Below are positions 23,558-33,234 of a DNA stretch of 39,892 bases, piece by piece. Made by a program: the position numbers and the translations under genes. The notes beneath the pieces were generated by a model. That model was given only the letters and a program-made list of their open reading frames with translations, did no database searches and was not told the DNA's origin. Each line of letters opens with the position of its first letter. The first letter of the stretch is position 1. The DNA comes from a virus, in IMG/VR virus record IMGVR_UViG_3300045988_061665, positions 1 to 39,892 of that record. The stretch is one strand, 5' to 3'.

Positions 23558-24037
23558 CTACACTCCTTTCAGCCCCAGGCGCAGGGCAATTACAGGCTTC
23601 TTAAATCTACAGGTTACTTTCACCTTGCTGTCCAGCGTCTCAATTGTTGTTATCATATTGGCGCTCTTGTCAATCTGGGCCTGCAATGCCTCAGTGAGAT
23701 TGTCTGGATACACCAGCCCCGGTACAGGTCTGTCGCTTGCCAGCATACCTGGCACAGATACCGTCTGAATGTAAGGAGCCGTCGCAGACCAACCAGATAC
23801 TGGAAGATTAATTTCAACATACCGGTTCGCCCGGCTGATCCCCTCCGCATACTCCTCGTATAATTCATTTACAGCAGCATTTGTTTCGTTGATATCGTCC
23901 GCCGAAAAAATGTCTCCCTCTTCGGCGTATATCGTTATATCATCAAGATTAACCGTATCCGCTGAGACATTGGTGACTCGGTACAGGCGCTTCCCTGTAT
24001 ATTTGTCATTCTTATAATTTGTTCGTAGTTTCTTCAA
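23558..24037 (-). CDS. Tail/baseplate structural hypothetical protein
   Basis: ORF in the structural operon with coupled stops and starts. Confidence 0.6.
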   Translation of the reverse strand: MKKLRTNYKNDKYTGKRLYRVTNVSADTVNLDDITIYAEEGDIFSADDINETNAAVNELYEEYAEGISRANRYVEINLPVSGWSATAPYIQTVSVPGMLASDRPVPGLVYPDNLTEALQAQIDKSANMITTIETLDSKVKVTCRFKKPVIALRLGLKGV

Positions 24038-24474
24038 AGGCTCACACTCCTGTTTCCGATACCGCGGCAGCCAAGTTTAAATTCCAGATGTGGTATGCTG
24101 GGTATTAAATTCTCAACCAATATTCCAATATCATAAATGATCTTTTCAATAAAATTTGCCTGATAGATAGACGTGTATGTAATTCTTTCCGGTGTCTGAG
24201 GCGTGCTGGGCGGCGTGTAAAAGGCTGATCGGATTGCAATAAGGTTCTTCCTGATCCGTTCCATTTCGCTTTCTGTACGGCGATCCTCTGGCTGCCAGAT
24301 AGCCCCCTCAATAATCGTATTACGATATCCATAGCAATTGAGCACATGCGACACCCACTTAATAGCATCCTCAACTCGGTTAAGGTCCTGATAATCAATA
24401 TATGCCTTGTCAGTCATAGCATCTATGTCAGCCTGTACGCGGTCAAATATTAAGCTGTCCACAATATCACTCAT
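24034..24474 (-). CDS. Tail/baseplate structural hypothetical protein
   Basis: ORF in the structural operon with overlapping starts and stops. Confidence 0.6.
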   Translation of the reverse strand: MSDIVDSLIFDRVQADIDAMTDKAYIDYQDLNRVEDAIKWVSHVLNCYGYRNTIIEGAIWQPEDRRTESEMERIRKNLIAIRSAFYTPPSTPQTPERITYTSIYQANFIEKIIYDIGILVENLIPSIPHLEFKLGCRGIGNRSVSL

Positions 24475-26245
24475 GGATCGTCACCTCCGCTCTAATTGCC
24501 TGTGCAATCCCACTATAATTGATTCGCTCTATCGTTCCTACTTTCACGCCGTCGTAATCTGTATCTATTCCTACAACCTGGCCGATCACTTTATCCTCCA
24601 GGATTACCTCACAGGTTACATTTTCAGCCCGCTGATAATACTCATAGACTCGATCAAGAGCCTGCTGTGCATTTTCCTTGTTGATCAGCGTGGCTTCCTT
24701 CACTTCCTTGATATTTTTATTAAAAAAGATATTTGGATTCTCACGAGAAATCATAAACATATAGTGATGATACTTTTTCCCGGTGAGCACTACAGCTCCA
24801 CCAGTTCCTTTGATGATGGCATAATTATCACCAGACTGCGAAATCACTCCACCAGAGATAGACAAAGAGTGATGGGCCTCCGAAAAGGTGACCTGCACAG
24901 TGCCAGACAACTCATCATTGTATAACTCTTCTGACTCTTCCGATCGCTGGTAGCTATGGCCGGTTAATCGGATCCCAGTAACCACGTCGCTGTGGTCCAG
25001 CGTCAAACCCTCAAATACTTTTTCAAAATCGCCAGTCTTTTCGTTTTGCTTAGGATAGATGACCACTCCGTCATAGTTGCTCGTATCAACTACGGCGCCG
25101 ATCGCAAAGGCTATTTGCATCAGAGCTGCCCGCTTTGTGGTGTAAGGTATATATCCGGTTAAGGTGATACCATCAAAAACATCATCGAGAAGGTAATTAA
25201 AATCTTCCCCGTCGAATATCTGAGCAATTATGTCTGTAACCTTCTGTCCAGTATATATTCCGCCTGGAAAATCGTTGCCGTCCAGCAGACCAATAGCGTC
25301 GTGGGTATCCATGTAGTAATCCGTTCTGCTCTTGCGTGCACCATTTTTAAGATAAAAATTACCAATCAGACCGCCATTGAAATAAAGTGACAGCTTCTGC
25401 TTTTTTTGCAAATCAAACGGTACAGACGACTTTGTCCGCACTGTAAAATCCATGGTATTAATGCTTATGCTCTCAGAGATTGCGTTGATCTCCTGCAGAC
25501 AGTTGATCTCCTTAATCTCATCGCCTAGAAAATCTCTGTAGATTCCGTAGTCGATCCGTGTCAGGAAAACCGGACGGCATGGTTTTGACGTCTCCAAGAA
25601 GGTAATAATAATGCGATCATAAAGCTGCACATAATTGCTGCAAAAATATTTTGTTTCGTTCGGTTCGAAATTCAAATCCGAAAGAAGCTGCTCACCAGAG
25701 TACCATTTAACATTTATCCGGCTTGCATAGTCACTTGACATATCATTAAAAGTAAGCAGGAGACCAACACTCGTAAATTTACGGTTAAATGTGATCTCAA
25801 GTGTTGGCGCTTTGATCTCCTTTTCCAAGCCCGGCGAAGGGTATAAAAATATTGATGGATACTCACCTGGCAATGTCGGTTCCTGAGTCATCGTATATTC
25901 AAAGCGTCCATTGGAATCTGATATCTCATCACTGATAAAACCATATCCCTGCGCATCATCCGGAAAGTTTATATAGTCACCATTGAGTAACGCAAACCGG
26001 GGCAGACACAACGCATACCCCGGATATTTTAAATCGTCACGTTTGAGATCCGGAAACGTATTTCGAATGACCGTCGGAGCCGGAAACACATCTTGCCCCG
26101 GAAATGTATCTGCCCCCGGGCATAGACCAGCATCGATTACCTGTGGATTGCTGTTTTCTTTGGCATATGGCGCCACATCATCGTAGACGATTTTTATACC
26201 ACTCTGGTCCGCCGCATCAGACCGGATTGACTGCTTTAAAAACAT
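24467..26245 (-). CDS. Tail-associated (Tal-like) minor structural protein / baseplate hub
   Basis: 592 aa, second gene after the tape measure, the typical siphovirus position. Confidence 0.7.
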   Translation of the reverse strand: MFLKQSIRSDAADQSGIKIVYDDVAPYAKENSNPQVIDAGLCPGADTFPGQDVFPAPTVIRNTFPDLKRDDLKYPGYALCLPRFALLNGDYINFPDDAQGYGFISDEISDSNGRFEYTMTQEPTLPGEYPSIFLYPSPGLEKEIKAPTLEITFNRKFTSVGLLLTFNDMSSDYASRINVKWYSGEQLLSDLNFEPNETKYFCSNYVQLYDRIIITFLETSKPCRPVFLTRIDYGIYRDFLGDEIKEINCLQEINAISESISINTMDFTVRTKSSVPFDLQKKQKLSLYFNGGLIGNFYLKNGARKSRTDYYMDTHDAIGLLDGNDFPGGIYTGQKVTDIIAQIFDGEDFNYLLDDVFDGITLTGYIPYTTKRAALMQIAFAIGAVVDTSNYDGVVIYPKQNEKTGDFEKVFEGLTLDHSDVVTGIRLTGHSYQRSEESEELYNDELSGTVQVTFSEAHHSLSISGGVISQSGDNYAIIKGTGGAVVLTGKKYHHYMFMISRENPNIFFNKNIKEVKEATLINKENAQQALDRVYEYYQRAENVTCEVILEDKVIGQVVGIDTDYDGVKVGTIERINYSGIAQAIRAEVTIHE

Positions 26246-26246
26246 A

Positions 26247-26633
26247 TCACGGCCTCCTTTGCGGTGACATGGCTACAAAATACACTGACAGGCCATGCCA
26301 CAGATTCTTTCCGTTCCTGCGTTGCAAGCTGTCTTTGCCTTTGGTCACGTAAGCCTCAAACTCAAGCGTTTTCTGCGCATATGGAACCACCAAACGGTGC
26401 TTTATTTCCGGTGCTGATATCATCTGGTAAAACGTATCATAGTCATCGCGGTACTGAGTGATTGGCTCGATCTCCAAGGTATAATTATAAAAGGTCCCGG
26501 CTATCTCCCTGTACATTTCATAGTTTTTCAGACGACCGGAGTTTTCGGTATCTGTAACAGAAAACTCTCTTTCCAACTTTGTAACATTCAGCCTTAGATC
26601 CACGCCGTCGATGGAAAAAACATTTTCAGTCAT
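26247..26633 (-). CDS. Putative distal tail protein (short)
   Basis: Position immediately after the tape measure; 128 aa. Confidence 0.5.
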   Translation of the reverse strand: MTENVFSIDGVDLRLNVTKLEREFSVTDTENSGRLKNYEMYREIAGTFYNYTLEIEPITQYRDDYDTFYQMISAPEIKHRLVVPYAQKTLEFEAYVTKGKDSLQRRNGKNLWHGLSVYFVAMSPQRRP

Positions 26634-26635
26634 AC

Positions 26636-29431
26636 CTATCCCTCCGTAACCATTCTTACACCTACACGCTGTTTCTCCTGATTGTTCGCTTCATAGACAG
26701 CCCGAGCAAACCGCTGCCCGTTAACAATTAAGTCAATCTGCATAGGCCGCCTATTGCCTCCCTCCCCCATATACTTCGCCATGACATTATCAAGAGCTTG
26801 TTCTATGGTCGACAGAGGAGATACCACCTCTGTTTCCCGATTATTATCTCCCAGGATCGCGGCAAACTCACCAGCGCGCGGCGGAACCACCGTACCTGTT
26901 GCGAGGCGCGGCATTCTGTAACTGCTCACATCTCCAGGGCTATAAGCATTATATGGGCTGTATGATCCGCTCGAATAAGCCCCCGCCGATGAACGCTTAC
27001 CAGCATTAACGGCTACCATAGCCGCACCTATTCCAAGGGCAATTGCTCCAGCTATCAATGCCGCTTTCGCTGCTCCCCCTGTCGCTGCTCCTAATGCAAC
27101 AGCCAAAATAGTAATTGCGGAGGCGGCCGCCATTATTGAACTTATTACCTTTTCTGGAACAGTCATGTTATCCCAGTTTTTATAAATCTCATATACTGCC
27201 CCAAGCAGAATACCAATTGCCGAGGCTATGCCCAAATATGCCAATTGTGTTGTATCAAGATTTTTATTTAATAATTTCAAAATACCAATAAAACCATTTG
27301 CACCCGAAAGTACGTCAATAATATTCTTGACCTTTTCGACAAATTCGATAGCTTTCCAAGCCATGAAAAAACCTGCTACAGTTACAGCCGCAAATCGAAT
27401 TTCTTCTTCATGTTCTGATATCCAGTCAGAAAACTTTGTAAGCCATTCTGTAACTTTTTTCAATGCCTCTATAATTATTTTTCCAGTCCATTCACCGAAT
27501 GGCTGCAAGAAGTCTTCCCACAGCCATATGGCTAATGGTTTCAGTGCTTCTAATATACTATTTAAAGCTTTTAATGCCGCAGAAATTAGATCAAACGCTG
27601 CCGGAATACCATTCTCTATCCCCCATTTAGCTATAGGAAGAAGAATATCTGTTAGGAGCCAAAGCAAGACATCACCTATTTTACTTACGATTGGCCTTAA
27701 GCTCACCAGTACCTCATCAAAAGAAGACAATAACGGGTAAAAATCTAAGCCGGCAGACCAATCCCTGATTGCTTCAGAAGCTTCACGGAAAAATCCAGTT
27801 ACCTCAAGCACCAGGTCACCCAGATGTCTCATAATTGACACGCCCAGATCTCCGCTTGTCCAGGCTTTATCCAACTGATCGCACAAATTAGCTGCTGTAA
27901 ATGCGAGGTTCGCGAAAGTAATCAGCAGATCGTCTGTTATTTTCTGTCCATAGCTCTCATTCTTCCATACCTGTAAAAATGATGTTCCGACGTCCATGGC
28001 AAGGTTTTTCATACTGTTGAGAGCCGCATGGACAGCCTCATTTACTTCTGGACCATTCTCCAGCCAGGATTGCTTCATCGGGTCAAACAGATCAGAAAAG
28101 ACTCTTTTTACTACATCTGCAAAATCTTTAATATCATTCTCGATCTCCACCGTTTCAAACATCTGATCCGGTGTTGGACCTATATAGCCATCTTCTGATT
28201 TTTCCTGTGCCTGGATCAGATCATCGAAGGAAAAAGCTAACTTTTGATTCAGCTTCTCCTTCTTTTTCAGTTCCGAATTACTGTCTTTTAATGCCTCTCC
28301 ATAATTTTCCTCAACATCTACAGCCTTCACAAATGTTGCTTTTCCGGTTAAGGCTGCTACAAGCTGTCCCGCGTAGGTTGCCCCCGTCGATAGAAGATCA
28401 ATCATTTCCTTTAACGCTGGGGCTGCGGCATCAAGAGCGGGAGCAAATGCTGTAGCAAAGCTGTTTTTCAGTCGGGTATTGGCAGAAACGAGCATGGAAA
28501 TACTTTTGTTCGTCTCGTCCGAATACTGGGCTAGATTTTCGAATCCCTCTTTAGCTGCCTTTATGGCCGCTCGCATTGCCATACGGATCAGCATCAGCTT
28601 AAACATATTGGATAACTTTAAAATACTTTTGGTAAGCGGGATTGCTGTCTTATTTGTAGCAGCCAGCGTTTTATTCATTTTTTTGCCTGATGAATCTACC
28701 TTCTTCTGAACGGTTCTAGTCCCTTCCAGTTCCTTCTTATAAGAATTCAGTGCGACTATTGCTTTCTGCAATTCTCCATAGGTCTTATCATATTCAGGAT
28801 CTCCGAAATAAGATCCTGATTTCTCAAGAGAATACAGATGCTCCTTCAACAGGTCAATCTTATCCACCAGCGCTATTACACTTTGATTTCCAGAATTGAA
28901 CGCACCCATAATTACATGGCCTGTTGACGATGCAATAGTTGGTATGTCTGATATTGTCCGCTTGAGGATTTCAAGTGTCTTCTGTAACATGGTAGGCCCC
29001 TGCTTTGCTTCTTCAAAAGCCTTATTCTCCGCAGCGGCGGCCTCTCTGGCTGATTCTTCAATAGTCTTATTTCTGGCAATTATTTCGTCAACATCGTTAC
29101 CATAAATATCATATCGTTTTCCGTCATCCGGAATGGAAGAAGGCGAAGCGTTATTGTTTGTGATCGTTCCTGTAAATGTTGCAGCCTTTTCTTTGTTCAG
29201 GCGTTCTACTTCTTCTCGTGCCTTCTTCGCTGACTCCGCGACGGTATCAATATCTTTCGCGGTGGAGGCGGCCGTGTTACCTGCTCCGGTAAATCCTCCA
29301 TCCATTTTTTTAGACAAGTCTTCGATTAATCCTGAAAGCCTTTCAACTGCTTTTGTTAGCGTACTCATTCCAGCATCGAAGCCTTCTGTATTAACCTTTG
29401 TGTCAAATTTTAAGCTTCCATCAGCCGCCAT
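26636..29431 (-). CDS. Tape measure protein
   Basis: 931 aa, alpha-helical and coiled, with Gly/Ala-rich hydrophobic segments. Positioned after the chaperone genes. Confidence 0.9.
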   Translation of the reverse strand: MAADGSLKFDTKVNTEGFDAGMSTLTKAVERLSGLIEDLSKKMDGGFTGAGNTAASTAKDIDTVAESAKKAREEVERLNKEKAATFTGTITNNNASPSSIPDDGKRYDIYGNDVDEIIARNKTIEESAREAAAAENKAFEEAKQGPTMLQKTLEILKRTISDIPTIASSTGHVIMGAFNSGNQSVIALVDKIDLLKEHLYSLEKSGSYFGDPEYDKTYGELQKAIVALNSYKKELEGTRTVQKKVDSSGKKMNKTLAATNKTAIPLTKSILKLSNMFKLMLIRMAMRAAIKAAKEGFENLAQYSDETNKSISMLVSANTRLKNSFATAFAPALDAAAPALKEMIDLLSTGATYAGQLVAALTGKATFVKAVDVEENYGEALKDSNSELKKKEKLNQKLAFSFDDLIQAQEKSEDGYIGPTPDQMFETVEIENDIKDFADVVKRVFSDLFDPMKQSWLENGPEVNEAVHAALNSMKNLAMDVGTSFLQVWKNESYGQKITDDLLITFANLAFTAANLCDQLDKAWTSGDLGVSIMRHLGDLVLEVTGFFREASEAIRDWSAGLDFYPLLSSFDEVLVSLRPIVSKIGDVLLWLLTDILLPIAKWGIENGIPAAFDLISAALKALNSILEALKPLAIWLWEDFLQPFGEWTGKIIIEALKKVTEWLTKFSDWISEHEEEIRFAAVTVAGFFMAWKAIEFVEKVKNIIDVLSGANGFIGILKLLNKNLDTTQLAYLGIASAIGILLGAVYEIYKNWDNMTVPEKVISSIMAAASAITILAVALGAATGGAAKAALIAGAIALGIGAAMVAVNAGKRSSAGAYSSGSYSPYNAYSPGDVSSYRMPRLATGTVVPPRAGEFAAILGDNNRETEVVSPLSTIEQALDNVMAKYMGEGGNRRPMQIDLIVNGQRFARAVYEANNQEKQRVGVRMVTEG

Positions 29432-29476
29432 GCTCTCACCTCACTTCCGGGCATAAAATAAGACGCCATACGGCGC

Positions 29477-30037
29477 CTATCCCAATAGCTTATTCCAATA
29501 ATCAATTTCTTCCTGTTCTTCTGCGGTATACTTCGTTTTAATGTCGCACATGGCTTTATTCGCCTGATAAAATTCCTGTTCCCATTTCTCCAGTTTCTTT
29601 CCCCTTGCCCGTTTCTGTCGTATACCGAGGACCATAGAAAAGGTTCCGTCGTCAATCTCCATAAAGTACCCCATAAAGGTCCACCAATGCATATATTCTG
29701 CTGCACGGACCTCACGGCCGGCCACCTTATTGATTGCAGGAAATAAAATTGGTTCGTCCTGCTCCCAATCCATTACCTTACGAGATGGCTTCTTGTCATC
29801 TGCTTCCTGACCGCAGTCGAGGAACCATAATGCCTGACGAACTGCCTCCGGATATGCGCTTTCTGGTATCTCTTCCGGAGTCATAAACAATATTTCAAGC
29901 ATTACCTCGTATTTCTCTTCTGGAAGAAGTTCAGGATCATTAAAAGCCTGCATAATTACCAAAATGTCACGGAAATCGGTTCGAATCTCCATTTTCTTCC
30001 CGGCTACCTCCAGGGTCGTCGGCAGCCGGCCGATCAT
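29477..30037 (-). CDS. Gp15-family tail assembly protein
   Basis: LPTTLEVAGKKMEIRTDFRDILVIMQAFNDPEL is a typical phage Gp15-family N-terminus. Confidence 0.7.
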   Translation of the reverse strand: MIGRLPTTLEVAGKKMEIRTDFRDILVIMQAFNDPELLPEEKYEVMLEILFMTPEEIPESAYPEAVRQALWFLDCGQEADDKKPSRKVMDWEQDEPILFPAINKVAGREVRAAEYMHWWTFMGYFMEIDDGTFSMVLGIRQKRARGKKLEKWEQEFYQANKAMCDIKTKYTAEEQEEIDYWNKLLG

Positions 30038-30483
30038 TTGCTGTACTCCCTGGTATATTTCTCGATGCGGCGCTGACTTCCAACGTTGAATTCATCGACA
30101 CCTTCCCGAATAATTGGCATGGCCGCTTTCAAAAATGCTTCAAACAAAAATTCTTTCTTTTCTCCTACAATACACAATGGGGACTGCCCGGCAAATACAG
30201 TATCATATACATCAGAATTAAAAATGTAGTTAATCTCTTCGCGAATCAGATCATCAAACTCTTTCAGAAGCCTTCTGCCCTGCTCCGTTGGTTTTTCAAC
30301 CGGTGCACCATCAGGCATCAGCTTAACAGCATCTATTTGACTTTGCTTTTCCGTAATTCTCCGCTGTGCCGCATCTGCACGAACAAGAATATTAGGGTCA
30401 GCCGGGTTGAAACGAATTACCCGGCTCTCATCTCCATTAATCGAAAAAGACTTAAGGTTATCAGAAAAATTAATACTATGCAT
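30034..30483 (-). CDS. Tail assembly chaperone-like protein
   Basis: Position between the major tail protein and Gp15. Acidic, 149 aa. Confidence 0.6.
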   Translation of the reverse strand: MHSINFSDNLKSFSINGDESRVIRFNPADPNILVRADAAQRRITEKQSQIDAVKLMPDGAPVEKPTEQGRRLLKEFDDLIREEINYIFNSDVYDTVFAGQSPLCIVGEKKEFLFEAFLKAAMPIIREGVDEFNVGSQRRIEKYTREYSK

Positions 30484-30494
30484 ATGTTACCTCC

Positions 30495-31004
30495 CTATGC
30501 TCCGGCCCCAGACTCTGCCGTAAAGGTTTTAGTTGATAAATCAAACGTCCCCTTCACTCTGTTTCCGGTATGGTGTACATTGTACGGGATCTGATAGCCG
30601 GTTGTATCACCGCCATAACTTACTACCTCGATGATCGCGTCCTCTTTGTAAGCTGCATATTTACCGGCCGTTGCTGTTTCCCAAAGATGTACTTCTACAA
30701 CGCTGGTTTTCAACTCATCGAGAGTCTGCCGCTCATCTGCAATTGCCTGTAAGCGTTCAAACATCGGATCCCCGATCTCCGCATAATTGGGATCAACGCT
30801 TGACTGCGGCTGGTAGCTATCCAAAGTAACATTTGTTTCCCCCAAAATATTGTTCATGGTTTCTACATTGGCGTTCATTTCAATCGTATACTCTTCCAGG
30901 TATTTTCCCAACCTGACGTATTCCGGTTTTGCTGTTGTCGGAAGAGCAGCATCAATGTAATGTGCCATAAACTTTCTTTTAATCTTTCCTGTAATGTCTG
31001 GCAT
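30495..31004 (-). CDS. Major tail protein
   Basis: 169 aa, in the position before the chaperones. MPDITGKIKRKFMAHYIDA... Confidence 0.7.
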   Translation of the reverse strand: MPDITGKIKRKFMAHYIDAALPTTAKPEYVRLGKYLEEYTIEMNANVETMNNILGETNVTLDSYQPQSSVDPNYAEIGDPMFERLQAIADERQTLDELKTSVVEVHLWETATAGKYAAYKEDAIIEVVSYGGDTTGYQIPYNVHHTGNRVKGTFDLSTKTFTAESGAGA

Positions 31005-31462
31005 TAAAAAAACTCCTCACTTTCTATTTTATACTGAGCGTAGATCTGTATCTGGTACAGCACGCCGTCGTTAATATCTTCCGTCATGGGCTGCATAGCC
31101 ATGGCATTAGCCGTTGTGGCTTTTAAAAATCTTCCGGTGAACGTCTGGCCGTCAATCTCTACTGACAGCCCGTCCTCTTCCGGCAGTCGCTCCAGCCAGT
31201 AGGCCAGCTCAAGCAAAAAGTTACTGTTCGCCAGCCGATTATAATCGGTAAATGACTGAGCTACCGCGTACATGACAAAATTATGCTGCCGGATCTGGTT
31301 CCCCAGCACGTCCTCCCGGATCAAGCTATCTCCGGTACTGGACAAGCCGTAATTCGTAGGATCCGGATCTGTAAAGTCAATGTGGATATCCGCACCGGCC
31401 ATAAATTCCGATATCTTCGGGTACTCCGTCAACTTCTGGCGCATAAAGTCTATGATCGTCAT
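31004..31462 (-). CDS. Head-tail joining / tail completion protein (minor capsid 3-like)
   Basis: Gene order and size. Confidence 0.6.
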   Translation of the reverse strand: MTIIDFMRQKLTEYPKISEFMAGADIHIDFTDPDPTNYGLSSTGDSLIREDVLGNQIRQHNFVMYAVAQSFTDYNRLANSNFLLELAYWLERLPEEDGLSVEIDGQTFTGRFLKATTANAMAMQPMTEDINDGVLYQIQIYAQYKIESEEFF

Positions 31463-31884
31463 ATCTTTCCCCCTCTATCCACTACAGCCTGAGCCGCCTC
31501 TAATATGTCTCCTTTGTGGTCTGCCTTCATACGGTCAAACCATTTCTTGCCGCGCATTGGAGCGCCAGTGTATTTAAGTTCCCTTTCCGTTGGTACCTTG
31601 ATCTCGTTTCTCTTAGCCCACGCACTGCCGGTTGTCGGTGACACGTACAAGATCCCCTCGTGTAAGCAGTGTGCATACGGTCCAGGTGTATTAATCTCTC
31701 CGGATCCGATCACCGTAGACATAACCATCATGTGCTCCAGCTCCCCGGCCTGGCGCCGAGGCATGTATGCACTCATATACCTCATAGTCTCACTGTCAAC
31801 CACTTTCTGGACCGGGCCACCAGGCTGTAACCCATGCTTTGATATGAGGGCATCACGCGGCAGTATATCAAGTTCTACCTTCAC
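31459..31884 (-). CDS. Head-tail joining protein (minor capsid 2-like)
   Basis: Gene order and size. Confidence 0.6.
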   Translation of the reverse strand: MKVELDILPRDALISKHGLQPGGPVQKVVDSETMRYMSAYMPRRQAGELEHMMVMSTVIGSGEINTPGPYAHCLHEGILYVSPTTGSAWAKRNEIKVPTERELKYTGAPMRGKKWFDRMKADHKGDILEAAQAVVDRGGKI

Positions 31885-31900
31885 CAGATCACCTCCTTAC

Positions 31901-31929
31901 TTGCGGTATTCTCCTCTTCGCCTTATACT
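31901..31929 (+). promoter_or_regulatory. Candidate promoter TTGCGG-17-TATACT for the plus-strand inserted gene
   Basis: Hexamers at 31901-31906 and 31924-31929, about 50 nt upstream of the ATG at 31979. Confidence 0.4.
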
Positions 31930-31978
31930 ATAATTACAGGCCGTCACATGGCCGAGTACAATGGAAGGAGAAATTATC

Positions 31979-32185
31979 ATGTTAAGTCAAGAAGCTAAAA
32001 GTTTTATGGAATTTTGCATATCCGCTTACAAAGAGAGCGGTAAAAACGAATTTTATATTTCTGATTATATGCATATTCCAAACTATGAAGCCGCTATATC
32101 AGAATTAATTGAAAAGGGGCTTTTGGACAAGAAAATGGACATTCTGGAAACTATATCAATCAACCTTGATGCATTAAAAAGCTGA
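31979..32185 (+). CDS. Opposite-strand inserted gene (moron-like) within the head-tail module; small acidic protein
   Basis: aaggag RBS 8 nt before ATG. MLSQEAKSFMEFCISAYKESGKNEFYISDYMHIPNYEAAISELIEKGLL... AT-rich. Confidence 0.6.
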   Translation: MLSQEAKSFMEFCISAYKESGKNEFYISDYMHIPNYEAAISELIEKGLLDKKMDILETISINLDALKS

Positions 32186-32191
32186 TATCAA

Positions 32192-32224
32192 TCCGGAGTT
32201 GAACTATTCTGGTTCGACTCCGGA
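32192..32224. terminator. 13-bp-stem hairpin between convergent genes (no clear U-tract)
   Basis: tccggagttgaac tattctg gttcgactccgga. Overlaps the 3' end of 32204..32455. Confidence 0.5.
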
Positions 32225-32455
32225 CAGCATCTCTCTCGCTTCTCCAATGTCCTTAAAAAATTCTTCCAGGCTCTTCCCACTTTCAAGAGAGAACTCATTT
32301 ACATCCACTTCTAATAACTTTAATGTCGGTTTTAAATTCCCCTCTTTGTCCCGCGCTGAATATACTAAGCCTTTCACACCTTTTCCGATCTGCTTACCTT
32401 CCAAAAACACATTCGTTTTATTACCCAAAGTTGCAATTACTAATTTAGGTATCAT
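32204..32455 (-). CDS. Hypothetical head-tail module protein
   Basis: 83-aa ORF in operon context. Confidence 0.55.
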   Translation of the reverse strand: MIPKLVIATLGNKTNVFLEGKQIGKGVKGLVYSARDKEGNLKPTLKLLEVDVNEFSLESGKSLEEFFKDIGEAREMLSGVEPE

Positions 32456-32469
32456 ATAATCCTTCCTCT

Positions 32470-32850
32470 CTATTTACATGACAGTTCATAATGCTGCATG
32501 GACTCGCTACCATACAATTTATCATCTACCGTCATAACCGTCACACAGTCATGGCGCCGCTTCAGTTCTTGTAATGATTCAGACATTGTTTTCTGGTTGG
32601 TACAATCAATCACATGGTTGCACTGACCTTTCACAATAAGGTCTTTTCCTCCTGTGAACTGGATCGGCTCAAACAGGCTCTCCAGCGGGATCACCAGAAG
32701 GACAGAGTCAGAGTCACGCTGGCCGGTCTTCAGTACATTGGATTGCTTCACATCGTCCCAGAATACGTCTTCCACATATTCTCGTCTGTATGACTCCTGT
32801 TTTCCACATTTTGAATACAGATACAGTGTTACATCAGCATTCGTATACAT
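32470..32850 (-). CDS. Head-tail joining protein (minor capsid 1-like)
   Basis: Gene order. MYTNADVTLYLYSK...YRREYVEDVFWDD. Confidence 0.6.
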   Translation of the reverse strand: MYTNADVTLYLYSKCGKQESYRREYVEDVFWDDVKQSNVLKTGQRDSDSVLLVIPLESLFEPIQFTGGKDLIVKGQCNHVIDCTNQKTMSESLQELKRRHDCVTVMTVDDKLYGSESMQHYELSCK

Positions 32851-32851
32851 A

Positions 32852-33220
32852 TTATGCCCCCTGATAGCATAGGCCAGTGTCAGCCAGCCATTTCATGACG
32901 ATACCGCGTTGTTCCCGGTCTGCCGCCTGTCTGGCCTCGGATGCAGAAGAGAAAGAGACCGAATAGGTCCCTACCTTCTCCGATGTCTTCCCGGCAGCTT
33001 CCCGGTTTTGCTTTTCTTGCTGGCAGATAGCTTCTGCCAGTTCACAGCAACACAACCGGACAGGTTCCGGCACTTCAGGAAGAGTTTTTACCCGTCCGAA
33101 AGTATAAATATCTATTACCTGACCAGCCTGCCGTGCATAATAATCAAAGCCGGTACGAATGACCGACTTACGTCCCATAAGATACTCATTCAGATAATCT
33201 TGCTCTGTTGCATATGCCAT
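32852..33220 (-). CDS. Head-tail connector protein
   Basis: aaggag RBS before the ATG at 33220. First gene after the major capsid gene. Confidence 0.6.
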   Translation of the reverse strand: MAYATEQDYLNEYLMGRKSVIRTGFDYYARQAGQVIDIYTFGRVKTLPEVPEPVRLCCCELAEAICQQEKQNREAAGKTSEKVGTYSVSFSSASEARQAADREQRGIVMKWLADTGLCYQGA

Positions 33221-33234
33221 TCGCACCGTCTCCT

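Noticed and set aside
20497-26245. Shared (L/F)YPG / DxFPG-type proline-rich motifs in 20497..20721 and the N-terminus of 24467..26245 as a functional repeat system
   Set aside because: These are short, low-complexity peptide similarities without matching nucleotide repeats. They are probably compositional or a common interaction motif and are not separately testable from sequence.
29432-30040. Programmed frameshift in the tail chaperone genes (lambda G/GT-like) and a terminator-like hairpin before the tape measure
   Set aside because: The two chaperone-position ORFs are separate, overlapping only by ATGA, with no extended alternative frame or slippery site seen. The small hairpin at 29440..29470 is weak, and the tape measure gene must be expressed downstream of it.
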